Below are positions 51,543 through 60,943 of a stretch of DNA of 64,000 bases, piece after piece; the first letter of the stretch is position 1, and the number at the start of each line of letters is the position of its first letter. Both the position numbers and the translations under genes were made by a program. Location: the NCBI GenBank assembly GCA_963842445.1, contig CAWJHF010000009.1:20217-84216 (forward strand), given 5' to 3'. This stretch comes from an uncultured Verrucomicrobiae bacterium (GTDB lineage: Bacteria; Verrucomicrobiota; Verrucomicrobiia; Limisphaerales; UBA11358). The notes below the pieces were generated by a model, which saw only the letters and a program-made list of their open reading frames with translations, was not told the DNA's origin and ran no database searches.

Positions 51543-51902
51543 TCAAACGAAGAATCCGCGCGGAGGCGGCAGCAACGGCTTTTGAATAAGAGATTCGGCG
51601 AAGAAATTTAACTGCGGCACAAGCTGAAAATTCGAAGGTGCCACCAAAACCGGATTTTCTTTCGCGGGGGGAAATTCCAGCTTCTGCGTTTGCAGGGTGA
51701 ACTCGTTTTTCTTTTCGGATTTCTTGGCCGCGGCGATGGCCTTGCAAATCGGACAGGGAAATTTGCCGTCAAACGTGCGGGCCACGGATTCGGACAGCGA
51801 GCGGGTGCACAGATTGTTCGCCAGCATGGTTGTCCACGCGACCGATTGCAGCACGGCCCAATGCGCGCCGGTGCTCGCGATGAGCACGACCATCACAAAC
51901 AT
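51543..51902 (-). CDS. small membrane protein with CPIC motif
   Basis: Start MFVMVVLIASTGAHWAVLQSVAW (51902) within ORF 51543..52007. Contains ...FDGKFPCPICKAIAAAKK... Confidence 0.5.
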   Translation of the reverse strand: MFVMVVLIASTGAHWAVLQSVAWTTMLANNLCTRSLSESVARTFDGKFPCPICKAIAAAKKSEKKNEFTLQTQKLEFPPAKENPVLVAPSNFQLVPQLNFFAESLIQKPLLPPPRGFFV

Positions 51903-51967
51903 TTTGCCGAAACGGACGAACACAGGGAGCAACCTAAACCGTCCTTGCCGAATCGCAAGTGCCGATT

Positions 51968-52040
51968 GTAGGAGCCGAGGTAACGAGGCTCTGATATCAA
52001 TTTCCAATTTCGAAATGAGCCTCCTGACGTCGGCTCCTAC
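51968..52040. repeat. 24-nt inverted repeats (21/24 complementary) with a 25-nt spacer
   Basis: gtaggagccgaggtaacgaggctc (51968-51991) faces gagcctcctgacgtcggctcctac (52017-52040). Sits just 3' of the L,D-transpeptidase stop. Confidence 0.65.
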
Positions 52041-52058
52041 GGTCTTCCTGGCAGGGAT

Positions 52059-52859
52059 TCAACGTTCCGCAATCCAAACCAGCGTGCCAGCGGGTAATTT
52101 GTCGAAGAGCGGAATCAAATCATTGGCGGCGAGGTGAATGCAACCGCACGACGCCGGGCGACCAATCGTCGTCTCATCGCCTGTGCCGTGGATGTAAATG
52201 TAACGCGCGTGCGAATCCACATTGCCGCCGTGATTGAAGCCGGGCTCGAGTCCTTCCAGCCACAGAATGCGCGTGGTGATTTTGGCATTCGGCATCCCCC
52301 GCCAAGTGTGGCCGATGGGTTTGCGGCTTTCAAAAACGGTTCCCACCGGCCAGCCACCGCCGATTTTTTCCACGACGCGATGCAGTCCGAGCGGCGTGCA
52401 ATTCGAGCCGGCGGCCTGACCGATGCCGAAACGCGAAGTGGAGCAGCGAAATTTTTTCAGAAACCTGTAGCGGCGGTCCGTGACCGCCGATGAGTCCGGC
52501 CTTTTAACGCAGCAACGCAGAGACGCAGAGGGCTTTTCAAAAAGCGAAACGGTTTGGTTCGTGACACTGACGACGAGCGCGAAGCGGGTTGGAGGAATAC
52601 CGTGCTGCTTGCGGGCTGAAGTGAAAGTGAAAAATTCAGATGAGGAATCTTTAGTTGGCTTTTTATTGGTCTCAAGGAATTTTCTTCCAAATGCGACCAA
52701 ATCCTGAAGTTTTTGAACCAAGCTTTTTTCAGGCGCAGGTGCGCTAGCTGTGGGTTGAACTCTTTCCATCATGGCTTTCACTAGAGCACTGCCTGGCTCA
52801 ACCGGCGGAGTAGGTTGAAACCCAAAGCTCCAAGGGTTATTCGGATCCAAAGGAGACAT
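52059..52859 (-). CDS. L,D-transpeptidase (YkuD domain)
   Basis: ...IYIHGTGDETTIGRPASCGCIHL... is the catalytic H...SxGC motif. Confidence 0.8.
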   Translation of the reverse strand: MSPLDPNNPWSFGFQPTPPVEPGSALVKAMMERVQPTASAPAPEKSLVQKLQDLVAFGRKFLETNKKPTKDSSSEFFTFTSARKQHGIPPTRFALVVSVTNQTVSLFEKPSASLRCCVKRPDSSAVTDRRYRFLKKFRCSTSRFGIGQAAGSNCTPLGLHRVVEKIGGGWPVGTVFESRKPIGHTWRGMPNAKITTRILWLEGLEPGFNHGGNVDSHARYIYIHGTGDETTIGRPASCGCIHLAANDLIPLFDKLPAGTLVWIAER

Positions 52860-52871
52860 AATTGCTGAACA

Positions 52872-54152
52872 TCATTTTAATTTCTTCACGAGCACTTTCG
52901 AGTTGCGTCCGCTCTGCTCGTATTTCTCGCGGCGGGCGGGCGGCAAATCGTCGGGCGTGCCCTCGGCAAAGCCGGCTTTGGATTGAAAATACGTGAACGC
53001 CTGCGTCGAGAGCGTGAGGAGTTCGGTCAGGTTCATCTCCCGCGCCTTGTTTTCCACGTATTGAATCAGCTTGCGCCCGATGCCCCGGTTTTCGTGCAGG
53101 GGATTGACGTAAAGGCATGCCAGCTCGCCCTTTTTCTGTTCGGGATAAACGTGCAACGCCACACACGCGATCGGGTTTTTATCAATCTCAAAAATGAAAT
53201 AGTCGCCCAGACTTTTTTCAATGCTCGCCCGGGTGCGCTTGAGCAATTCATCCGACTCGACCGCCGCCTTCGTCAGCAATTGGATCGCCCGCACGTCTTT
53301 CTTCATCGCACGGCGGATTTGCTGGTATTCGTTCGCGTAAATCAGCGTGCCGATGCCGTCGTTGGAAAACACTTCGGCCAGCAGCCCCTCATCCACCTTA
53401 CCGTTGATGATGTGCACCCGCGGCACGCCGGCCTTGCAGGCCGCGACGGCGTGGAGCACCTTGGAAAGCTGTTCCGGTACAATATCGTTTTTTTGCAGCG
53501 CGAGGACGGACTCAAGATCGCCCACCAGCATCTGGCGGATGAGCCGGCCTTGCACGAGAATGCCGTCCTGCGGCGTGATGAAAATCAACTTGATGGCCTT
53601 CAGCGCTTCCGCCACCGCGACCGCCACGCCGTCGGAATTCACGCGATAGGTCCGGCCGTCGCCGTCAAAACCGAGCGGGGGGATGACCGGCACGACACCT
53701 TGCGAGAGCAACGATTGGAGCAGTTCCACGTCCACGCGCTCGACCTTGCCGGTGAACAGATGATCCACGCCCTGGATTATGCCCATCGGGTGGGCGATGA
53801 TGACGTTCGTGCTGGCGGCGCGGAGGTCGTTGGCCGAAAGACCTTCAAGAATTTCGTGCGTGAGCCGGTTCGCGGCCGTCAGCGCGAGCTGAAGCGTGGC
53901 TGCGTCCGTGACACCGGAGCCGTCAAAGTTGGAAGCCTGAACGTTTTGCTCCCCGGCGAGCGCCTTGATTTGTGCCGACGCGCCGTGGACGAGCACGACA
54001 CGGATGTTCAACGACCGCAACACCGCCACGTCCAGCAGCAGCGTGGCAAAGTTCTCGTCGGTGACGATGGCGCCGTCAATCGCGAGGATGAACGTCTTCT
54101 CGCGAAATTGCGGAATGTATTGCAGGATGCCCCGCAGGTCGGTTGGTTTCAC
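52872..54152 (-). CDS. argA: amino-acid N-acetyltransferase (N-acetylglutamate synthase)
   Basis: Amino-acid kinase fold (FILAIDGAIV ... VVLVHGAS) followed by a C-terminal GNAT domain (...VNPLHENRGIGRKL...). Confidence 0.8.
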   Translation of the reverse strand: MKPTDLRGILQYIPQFREKTFILAIDGAIVTDENFATLLLDVAVLRSLNIRVVLVHGASAQIKALAGEQNVQASNFDGSGVTDAATLQLALTAANRLTHEILEGLSANDLRAASTNVIIAHPMGIIQGVDHLFTGKVERVDVELLQSLLSQGVVPVIPPLGFDGDGRTYRVNSDGVAVAVAEALKAIKLIFITPQDGILVQGRLIRQMLVGDLESVLALQKNDIVPEQLSKVLHAVAACKAGVPRVHIINGKVDEGLLAEVFSNDGIGTLIYANEYQQIRRAMKKDVRAIQLLTKAAVESDELLKRTRASIEKSLGDYFIFEIDKNPIACVALHVYPEQKKGELACLYVNPLHENRGIGRKLIQYVENKAREMNLTELLTLSTQAFTYFQSKAGFAEGTPDDLPPARREKYEQSGRNSKVLVKKLK

Positions 54153-54303
54153 TTTTGGTTCATCATTAAACTGTCAACGCCAAACAAGTATTCGGTTTTC
54201 GCCGCGATTCAAACAATAATTTTCAATCCCGGTTTTCCGTTCAAATGAATTGCCATCGAACGCGGGGCGGGGCATTGTTGTCGCTCTTAAAAATCAAACG
54301 AAT

Positions 54304-55302
54304 ATGAATGCTGCCATCGCAACCGAAAAGGCGCCGGCGTCAACGGCGTTGAGCCAGCTCGACCAACTGAAAAAAATGACGACGGTCGTCGCCGACACCG
54401 GCGACTTTGCCGCAATCAGACAGTACGCGCCGCAGGACGCCACGACCAATCCCTCGCTAATCTTCAAGGCCGCGCAGATGCCGGAATACCGGTGCCTCGT
54501 GGACAAGGCCATCGCCGAAAACAAAAAATCCGGCGGCGGCGGCGAAAAATTATTGCGGAGCGTCATGGACGATCTGCTGGTGCTGTTCGGCGTCGAGATT
54601 CTGAAAATCGTGCCCGGCCGTGTTTCGACCGAGACGGATGCCAATCTTGCGTTTGACACTGAAGGCCTGATTCACAAGGCACGCCGGTTCATCGAGCTTT
54701 ACCAGGCACGCGGCATCGGGCGCGAGCGCATCCTCATTAAAATCGCGACGACGTGGGAAGGTGTGCGCGCGGCGGAAATTCTCCAGCGCGAGGGCATCAA
54801 CTGCAACATGACGTTGTTGTTCTCGCTGCCGCAGGCCGTCGCATGCGCCGAGGCAAAGGCCAGATTGGTTTCGCCGTTCGTGGGACGGATTTTGGACTGG
54901 TTCAAGGCCAGGGAAAAAAAAGATTTTGCGCCGGCCGAAGACCCCGGCGTGCTGTCGGCGAAGGAAATTTACGGCTACTACAAAAAGTTCGGGCACGCGA
55001 CGGAGGTCATGGGCGCAAGTTTCCGCAACGCGGGCGAAATCCTCGAACTGGCCGGCTGCGATTTGCTGACCATCAGCCCGCAGTTTATGAGTGAATTGAA
55101 AAAAAGCACCGCGCCCGTCGCGCGCAAACTCAGTTCCGAACTCGCGCGCGACAGCAAAATCGGGCGGCTGCAATTGGATGAAAAGAAATTCCGCTGGCTC
55201 TTCAACGAAAACGCGATGGCCACGGAGAAAACCGCCGAGGGCATCCGACTGTTTAACGCCGACGCGCTGAAATTGGAACAGTTCATCGCGGCGAAGCTTT
55301 AA
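54304..55302 (+). CDS. tal: transaldolase
   Basis: [35 protein letters not shown] ... [11 protein letters not shown] includes the Schiff-base lysine context. Confidence 0.9.
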   Translation: MNAAIATEKAPASTALSQLDQLKKMTTVVADTGDFAAIRQYAPQDATTNPSLIFKAAQMPEYRCLVDKAIAENKKSGGGGEKLLRSVMDDLLVLFGVEILKIVPGRVSTETDANLAFDTEGLIHKARRFIELYQARGIGRERILIKIATTWEGVRAAEILQREGINCNMTLLFSLPQAVACAEAKARLVSPFVGRILDWFKAREKKDFAPAEDPGVLSAKEIYGYYKKFGHATEVMGASFRNAGEILELAGCDLLTISPQFMSELKKSTAPVARKLSSELARDSKIGRLQLDEKKFRWLFNENAMATEKTAEGIRLFNADALKLEQFIAAKL

Positions 55303-55341
55303 TTACTGGACTCGAACGCCGTCTTCTGCGAGCTTCAGGTC

Positions 55342-55668
55342 ATGGATGGAGACGAGCGCGAAATTTTTCAATTTCTGAAGACCCGGGGCGAAGAGTATGT
55401 CAACGCCGTGGAAATTGCCCGGCGCGCGGGCGGAAAGAGAAAGTTCCACGAAGACCCCGATTGGGTCAAGCCGATTCTGGTGCGCATGACCGAACGCGGC
55501 GTCCTCCAAAGCGACCCCTTGGGCCGTTACCGCGTCAAACCCGTTGCCAGAAAAGGAAAGGACAAACGCTGGGTCTCGCCCGACATCGCTAAAATCCTTC
55601 AGGAAAGCGGCGCCGAAGTCGAAGGCGCGAATGAACTCGGCTCGGACGACTATTACGAGCAACTGTAA
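55342..55668 (+). CDS. hypothetical protein (winged-helix-like)
   Basis: 108 aa with plausible composition. The antisense ORF 55303..55662 is judged spurious. Confidence 0.45.
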   Translation: MDGDEREIFQFLKTRGEEYVNAVEIARRAGGKRKFHEDPDWVKPILVRMTERGVLQSDPLGRYRVKPVARKGKDKRWVSPDIAKILQESGAEVEGANELGSDDYYEQL

Positions 55669-55737
55669 TCACCCGTTCACGATCCGTCACGGCAGCTTGG
55701 AAATCGCCGTGTCAAACTTTTTCCGTCTGTATCCGCT

Positions 55738-56655
55738 ATGTTTGCCGCGCTCCTGACCACGCTGTTGTTTGCCATGTCCGCCATTTGCGGACATCGCACC
55801 GCCACGCGGCTGGGCGGTGTCGAGGCCAATTTCTGGCGCATTTGTGGCGCATTTGTTTTCCTGGCAATCTGGGCGAACTTTTTCGGGGCGGGCACGACTG
55901 GCGCCGGGTTTTCCATCTTCGTTTTGAGCGGCCTCGCCGGCATCGGCCTCGGCGACACGGCCTATTTTCAAGCTTTGCCGCGGCTTGGCAGCCGCCGGAC
56001 GGTTCTGCTCACGCAATGCCTCACTGCGCCGTGCGCCGCCATGATTGAATGGCTCTGGCTGGGCACAAAATTGAACCTCGCGGAAATTTTTTGCATCACT
56101 GTCATTCTGGCCGGTGTGGCCATTGCAATGGTGCCGGGCGATCATTTGAAAATCGCGCCGGGCCGTCTGTGGCCCGGGCTTCTGGCCAGCGCCATCGCCG
56201 CGATTGGCGGCGCACTCGGCGCGGTCTTGAGCCGCAAAGCCTACGCGGTGGCGCACGCGGCCGGCGAACATCCCAACCCCGGCACGACCGGCTACCAGCG
56301 TGTCATCGGCGGCGCAGTCGCGCTCGGCCTCGTTTTTTTGATTGTCAAGTGGCGGCATGCCCGCAAACACGGTGACGACGCGCAGATGAAGGATTCATTT
56401 TCTCCGCGCGAAAAATTAAGGCTCTGGCCGTGGGTGCTGGCCAACAGCCTCGCCGGCCAGACGATCGGTGTGAGCTGCATGCAGTGGGCGCTCGAAACCA
56501 CGCCCACGGGCATCGTCACCGCCATCATCGCCATGACCCCCATCGTCATGCTGCCGTTGGCGCGCCTATTCGAAGGCGAAAGAATCATGGCCCGTGAACT
56601 CGTCGGCGGTTTCGTCGCCGTCGCAGGTGTGATCGGCCTGGCATTTTGGCATTGA
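55738..56655 (+). CDS. DMT superfamily (EamA-like) transporter
   Basis: About ten hydrophobic segments in a duplicated EamA-like arrangement. Confidence 0.8.
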   Translation: MFAALLTTLLFAMSAICGHRTATRLGGVEANFWRICGAFVFLAIWANFFGAGTTGAGFSIFVLSGLAGIGLGDTAYFQALPRLGSRRTVLLTQCLTAPCAAMIEWLWLGTKLNLAEIFCITVILAGVAIAMVPGDHLKIAPGRLWPGLLASAIAAIGGALGAVLSRKAYAVAHAAGEHPNPGTTGYQRVIGGAVALGLVFLIVKWRHARKHGDDAQMKDSFSPREKLRLWPWVLANSLAGQTIGVSCMQWALETTPTGIVTAIIAMTPIVMLPLARLFEGERIMARELVGGFVAVAGVIGLAFWH

Positions 56656-56678
56656 ATCTTCTTGGAAAACAAATTCCC

Positions 56679-56747
56679 ATTCGTCCTCGTTCTCGTAATC
56701 AAACAATCGAGGGCGAGGACGAAGAACGACAACGAGGACGAATTTTT
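56679..56747 (+). terminator. long hairpin plus T5: candidate intrinsic terminator after the DMT gene
   Basis: attcgtcctcgtt (56679-56691) pairs perfectly with aacgaggacgaat (56731-56743), followed by ttttt. The interior is made of cgaggac-type heptamers. Confidence 0.5.
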
Positions 56748-57113
56748 ATGAAACTGGAATTCCAAACCGCCGTTGAATCGCTCGGCCTTGAAAAATTCCG
56801 GCACCACATTTTTCTGTGCGCCAACCAGACCGAACCGAAATGTTGCGCGAAGGAACAGGGGCTGGCCGCGTGGGAATTTTTGAAGCGGCGGTTGAAGGAA
56901 TTGAATCTGGCCGGACCGGAACCGCTGGTTTATCGCACCAAGGCCAATTGCCTGCGCGTCTGCGCGCGCGGGCCGATTGCGGTCGTTTATCCCGAAGGTG
57001 TCTGGTATCACTCCTGCGCACCGGAAGTGTTGGAGCGCATCATCCAGGAACATTTGATCGGCGGAAAAATTGTCGAGGAATTTGCGTTTGCCAAAAATCC
57101 GTTGTCCTCTTGA
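56748..57113 (+). CDS. thioredoxin-like [2Fe-2S] ferredoxin family protein
   Basis: Start MKLEFQT (56748). Contains [14 protein letters not shown] ... [20 protein letters not shown]. Confidence 0.7.
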   Translation: MKLEFQTAVESLGLEKFRHHIFLCANQTEPKCCAKEQGLAAWEFLKRRLKELNLAGPEPLVYRTKANCLRVCARGPIAVVYPEGVWYHSCAPEVLERIIQEHLIGGKIVEEFAFAKNPLSS

Positions 57114-57274
57114 GTCTCGTGGAAAAGAGTGACGAGACACGCGATTCAACCTGTTTAGCCATTCGCAATGACAAGACTCTGACGATGCTGGCCCGCTTTC
57201 GTTTCGCGCGTTGGCGTGTGAACGCCGTGCAAGCCAAATCGAAGAAGGTGCCCCATCCAATCGGAGCAATGGAT

Positions 57275-59266
57275 CTATTTTCCCACTGCTTTAAATTCCT
57301 GCACCTGTTTTTCAGCGACTGCAATTTGCTCTGGAGTCATTGAGGCGGAGCACACCTTCAATTCATTTTTCACCTCCTCGTCTCCGTGAAGTTGCGCCAG
57401 TTTCAGCCATTTGTAGGCTGCGATGTAATCCTGTTTGACTCCCTGGCCTAACCGATACAGGCGGCCAAGCTCCTTTTCAGCCTCCGCATGGCCTTGCGCT
57501 GCGGATTTTTGGAACCACCGAGCCGCCATTTCGTCATTCCGGCCAACTCCCATCCCTTTGAGATAGAGAGCTCCCAGATTATATTGTGCGTCGGCATTCC
57601 CGTTAGTGGCCGCCCGTCCGAACCATTGCGCTGCGCCGGTATAATCCTGTCGGTTAGCCGCAAGCAGCATTCCCAAGGCGTTCTGCGACTCGAGGTGTCC
57701 CTGCTCCGCCGCCCGTTGATACCAGATGGCTGCCTGGGCAAGGTTCTGGGTAACCCAGAAACCACCTTGGTAAGCGCGCCCAAGGTTGTATTCCGCTGCC
57801 ACGTCGCCCTTGGGTGCCGCAGCAAGCAATTCCTTGATGTTCAGTTGATTTGATTCGTTGTCTTTCGCCGGCTTTGGCGGCGCCAGTTTTGACGTGATCA
57901 ATACTCCTACCGCGATAACCAGCAACACGCCCATCATCAGCCAGTAACTTCCCTTCAAGACCCGGTTCGTCTGGTTGTCCGCAGCCGCAGCTTCATGAAT
58001 CAAGGGACGTTCCTTCAATACGGTGTCGGCGATCATCATCCAACCCAAGGGCAGCAGTTCATACCAGCCGCGGAATTCATTAGCGTAACTCCAGAAAAAC
58101 AGGCCAATGACGAACACTACAATGAGCAATTTAAAAACAACGTCCCGCCGGTTTCGCCACGGCAACAGCATGAGGATAAAGAAACCGCCAGCATTGACAA
58201 ACAGCACATGTGGCAGACTCAGGCTGAACAGGCCCTGGACATTGCTGACCAATACACTTTTCCAGATCAGGTCGTGGAGGGTGGTCGTGTTGTTCATTGC
58301 GAGAATCGGGGCTTTTATGTCGTAAAGCCACATAAGCAGCTTATACGTCGCCAGCGTGGCCACGACTGTGCCCGCAAAGCCCGCAATCCTTTTTTTCCAG
58401 GACCAATGTTCGCCCAGCAAAATCAGCAAAGCACAGCACAAGGTAGTCTCCTTGAACAAAGCGCCAAGCCAGACGACCGCCATCAGCAACTCCATCCGCC
58501 GACTATCGTATAACAGACAGGCCAGCGTGAAGAAGAACATCGTGGGCATATCCCAGGGATAAAACTGCGAATAACCTGGCTCGGAGAAATAGCACATCAG
58601 GCCACCAACTACGCCCAACATGATCAACAGCGCATCCCGGCGATACAGGATAAGCAGCAGGAACAGCAGGAACAACCACGTCGCATGGTAGAACCCGAAC
58701 AAGTTCTCAAACGCCGCTCCGGTGAGATCAGGCTTTCCCTTGAATTTCGCGTCCAGCAGCCATGCCGACAGCATGGGGCCCGCCAGCCGTTTCCGCCAAT
58801 TAAGTTGCACCTGGTTTTTGACCACCGCATGCTCATACGCCGATAGGTAACTGAATAGCTGCCGGGATATCACGTTTCCATCGGGAGCAGGCAGGCAGGT
58901 CGGCCTGACTAGGAAAAAGAAACCCATTGTCAGCGACAGCGCTACGAACAACTCAACGCCCAGCACAGCGGGGCGCTTCGGCCAATGCCCCTCCAGCCGG
59001 GACAAAACTTGCGGCAGTTTGAGCAGGTTGCCCAATTTGCCCGCGCAATTTGACCCCCAATCATAAAATCCCCCGGCGAAATGGGCGAATCTGTCCTGTA
59101 ACACTTTCAACATATCCATCTCCGGCTTAATCCCGAAAGCAGGCACGGGAAAGACTCTTTGGTCGCCGCGGACGAGGATAGTTTCTGGTCCTGGAAAATC
59201 AAGTGCGGATGGATGGATTGGAGCACGCAATTCCATTACATTTCCTTCTCGACATTTGCTTTCCAA
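57275..59266 (-). CDS. polytopic membrane protein with C-terminal Sel1 (SLR) repeats
   Basis: The membrane domain is homologous to 43556..44551. The C-terminus holds four or more Sel1 units (AEYNLGRAY..., AQNALGMLL..., AQYNLGALYLKGMGV..., AEKELGRLYRLGQGV...). Confidence 0.75.
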   Translation of the reverse strand: MESKCREGNVMELRAPIHPSALDFPGPETILVRGDQRVFPVPAFGIKPEMDMLKVLQDRFAHFAGGFYDWGSNCAGKLGNLLKLPQVLSRLEGHWPKRPAVLGVELFVALSLTMGFFFLVRPTCLPAPDGNVISRQLFSYLSAYEHAVVKNQVQLNWRKRLAGPMLSAWLLDAKFKGKPDLTGAAFENLFGFYHATWLFLLFLLLILYRRDALLIMLGVVGGLMCYFSEPGYSQFYPWDMPTMFFFTLACLLYDSRRMELLMAVVWLGALFKETTLCCALLILLGEHWSWKKRIAGFAGTVVATLATYKLLMWLYDIKAPILAMNNTTTLHDLIWKSVLVSNVQGLFSLSLPHVLFVNAGGFFILMLLPWRNRRDVVFKLLIVVFVIGLFFWSYANEFRGWYELLPLGWMMIADTVLKERPLIHEAAAADNQTNRVLKGSYWLMMGVLLVIAVGVLITSKLAPPKPAKDNESNQLNIKELLAAAPKGDVAAEYNLGRAYQGGFWVTQNLAQAAIWYQRAAEQGHLESQNALGMLLAANRQDYTGAAQWFGRAATNGNADAQYNLGALYLKGMGVGRNDEMAARWFQKSAAQGHAEAEKELGRLYRLGQGVKQDYIAAYKWLKLAQLHGDEEVKNELKVCSASMTPEQIAVAEKQVQEFKAVGK

Positions 59267-59308
59267 ATGTGCAAACTGCTTATTGAGACCGAATAGTTAG
59301 GAGGCCGC

Positions 59309-59923
59309 ATGGCCAGACTGCTCATCAAAACGGACGGTTTGGAAAACGAGACGCTGGAGCTTCGTTTCGGCGTCAATCACGTTGGCCGTGATCCTGCCTG
59401 TGATTTTACCATCGCCCACCCCAGCGTGTCTGCGCTGCATTGTGAGCTGGTGCTGTCCAACGATGGCGTGCTGATTCACGATTGCGACTCGACCAACGGC
59501 ACGTTCGTCAACGGCGAGGGAATCAAGGACGCGTGGTTGCGCGCGGGCCAGACGGTGCAACTGGGCGAGGTGACATTGTTCGTCGAAAACACCGACATCG
59601 CCATTGCCATTCCCCAATATGAGCGCGAGCGCCCGAAACCGCCGGTGGTGCTCCCGGGCGGTGTGATTTTGTGTGCGCGTCACCCACAGCTGCAGGCCAC
59701 GTACAAATGCACGCATTGCGGCGAAGTCATGTGCGGGAGTTGTGTCCATATGCTGCGCCGCAAAGGCGGCCGGCCGCTGTTCCTGTGCCCGCTCTGCAGC
59801 CAACCGTGTGAACTCATCAACGTCGTCGAGCTGCCGAAGAAAAGGACGGTTTTCCAAACGCTGCAACGCACGGTGAAATTGCGAATGGCCCATTTCTTCG
59901 GCATTTCCCGGTCGAAAAAGTAA
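59309..59923 (+). CDS. FHA domain protein with C-terminal double zinc ribbon
   Basis: FGVNHVGRDPACDFTIAHPSVSALHCEL...STNGTFVNG is an FHA domain. Followed by CARHP...CTHCGEVMCGSC...CPLCSQPC. Confidence 0.8.
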   Translation: MARLLIKTDGLENETLELRFGVNHVGRDPACDFTIAHPSVSALHCELVLSNDGVLIHDCDSTNGTFVNGEGIKDAWLRAGQTVQLGEVTLFVENTDIAIAIPQYERERPKPPVVLPGGVILCARHPQLQATYKCTHCGEVMCGSCVHMLRRKGGRPLFLCPLCSQPCELINVVELPKKRTVFQTLQRTVKLRMAHFFGISRSKK

Positions 59924-59932
59924 GCCGCCCAT

Positions 59933-60943
59933 TCAGGACAAAAATCGCCGGACCATATTTTCCAGCGCCGCCAGCCAGAGCGGATGTTCGTTCAAACACG
60001 GAACCAGCTCGAATTCCTTCCCGCCCGCCGACAAAAACGTCGCACGCCCACGAATGCCGATTTCCTCAAGCGTCTCCAGACAATCGGAGACAAACGCCGG
60101 GCAGATGACCATGAGCTTTTTAATTTCACGCCTGGGCAGTTCGGCCAGCATCACATCCGTGTAAGGCATCAGCCACAGGTCGCGGCCCAGCCGGGATTGA
60201 AACGACACGGAATATTTTCCGGCGGGTATGCCGGCTTGTTTCACGAATGCCGCAACGGTTTTGAAACACTGGGCGCGGTAACACGTCGCGTGCGCCGGGC
60301 TGGCAACGTTGCAGCAGTTCAGCACGATCAAACAATGGCGGCCGGTCGGGTCTGATTCCCTGAGATGCCGCACCGGCACGCCGTGAAAACTGAACAGCAA
60401 ATGGTCAAAACCCGCCTCCAGATGATTCTTGGCGCTGGCCGCCAGCGCCGCAATATAATCCGGCGCGTCACCATAGGGCGGCTGAACCTCAATCCGCATT
60501 CGGGGCGCGACCCAGGCTGCGACTTTTTTCACCCGTTCGACGGCCGTCTCGTAGCTCGACATGGCGTAGTGCGGGAACAGGGGAATCAGCAAAACCTCGT
60601 CAATCTTCTCCTTTGCCAGCCTGCGCACCGCTTCTTGAATTGATGGATTCCGGTATCGCATCGCCAGTTCCACCGGCACGGTGACACGCTCCTGCAATTT
60701 TGCCTGAACCCTGCGGCTCGTTACAATGAGCGGCGAACCCTCGGGCGTCCAAATTATGTGATAGGCCTCGGCGGATTGTTTCGACCGCTTGATGAGAATC
60801 ATGGCCACGATAATCGCCCGCAGCGGCCACGGAACGTCAATCACACGCCCGTCCATCAAAAATTCACGGAGATAACGCCGCAGGTCGCCGACGGCAGTCG
60901 AGTCCGGCGAACCCAGATTGACCAGTAAAACGCCTTTGCTCAT
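59933..60943 (-). CDS. hemH: ferrochelatase
   Basis: Start MSKGVLLVNLGSPDS (60943), forming an ATGA overlap with the hemY stop. Contains ...LLFSFHGVP... Confidence 0.9.
   Translation of the reverse strand: MSKGVLLVNLGSPDSTAVGDLRRYLREFLMDGRVIDVPWPLRAIIVAMILIKRSKQSAEAYHIIWTPEGSPLIVTSRRVQAKLQERVTVPVELAMRYRNPSIQEAVRRLAKEKIDEVLLIPLFPHYAMSSYETAVERVKKVAAWVAPRMRIEVQPPYGDAPDYIAALAASAKNHLEAGFDHLLFSFHGVPVRHLRESDPTGRHCLIVLNCCNVASPAHATCYRAQCFKTVAAFVKQAGIPAGKYSVSFQSRLGRDLWLMPYTDVMLAELPRREIKKLMVICPAFVSDCLETLEEIGIRGRATFLSAGGKEFELVPCLNEHPLWLAALENMVRRFLS

Noticed and set aside
52983-54248. 421-aa plus-strand ORF
   Set aside because: It is antisense to argA.
59297-59932. 211-aa minus-strand ORF
   Set aside because: It is antisense to the FHA/zinc-ribbon gene, which has clear domain motifs.
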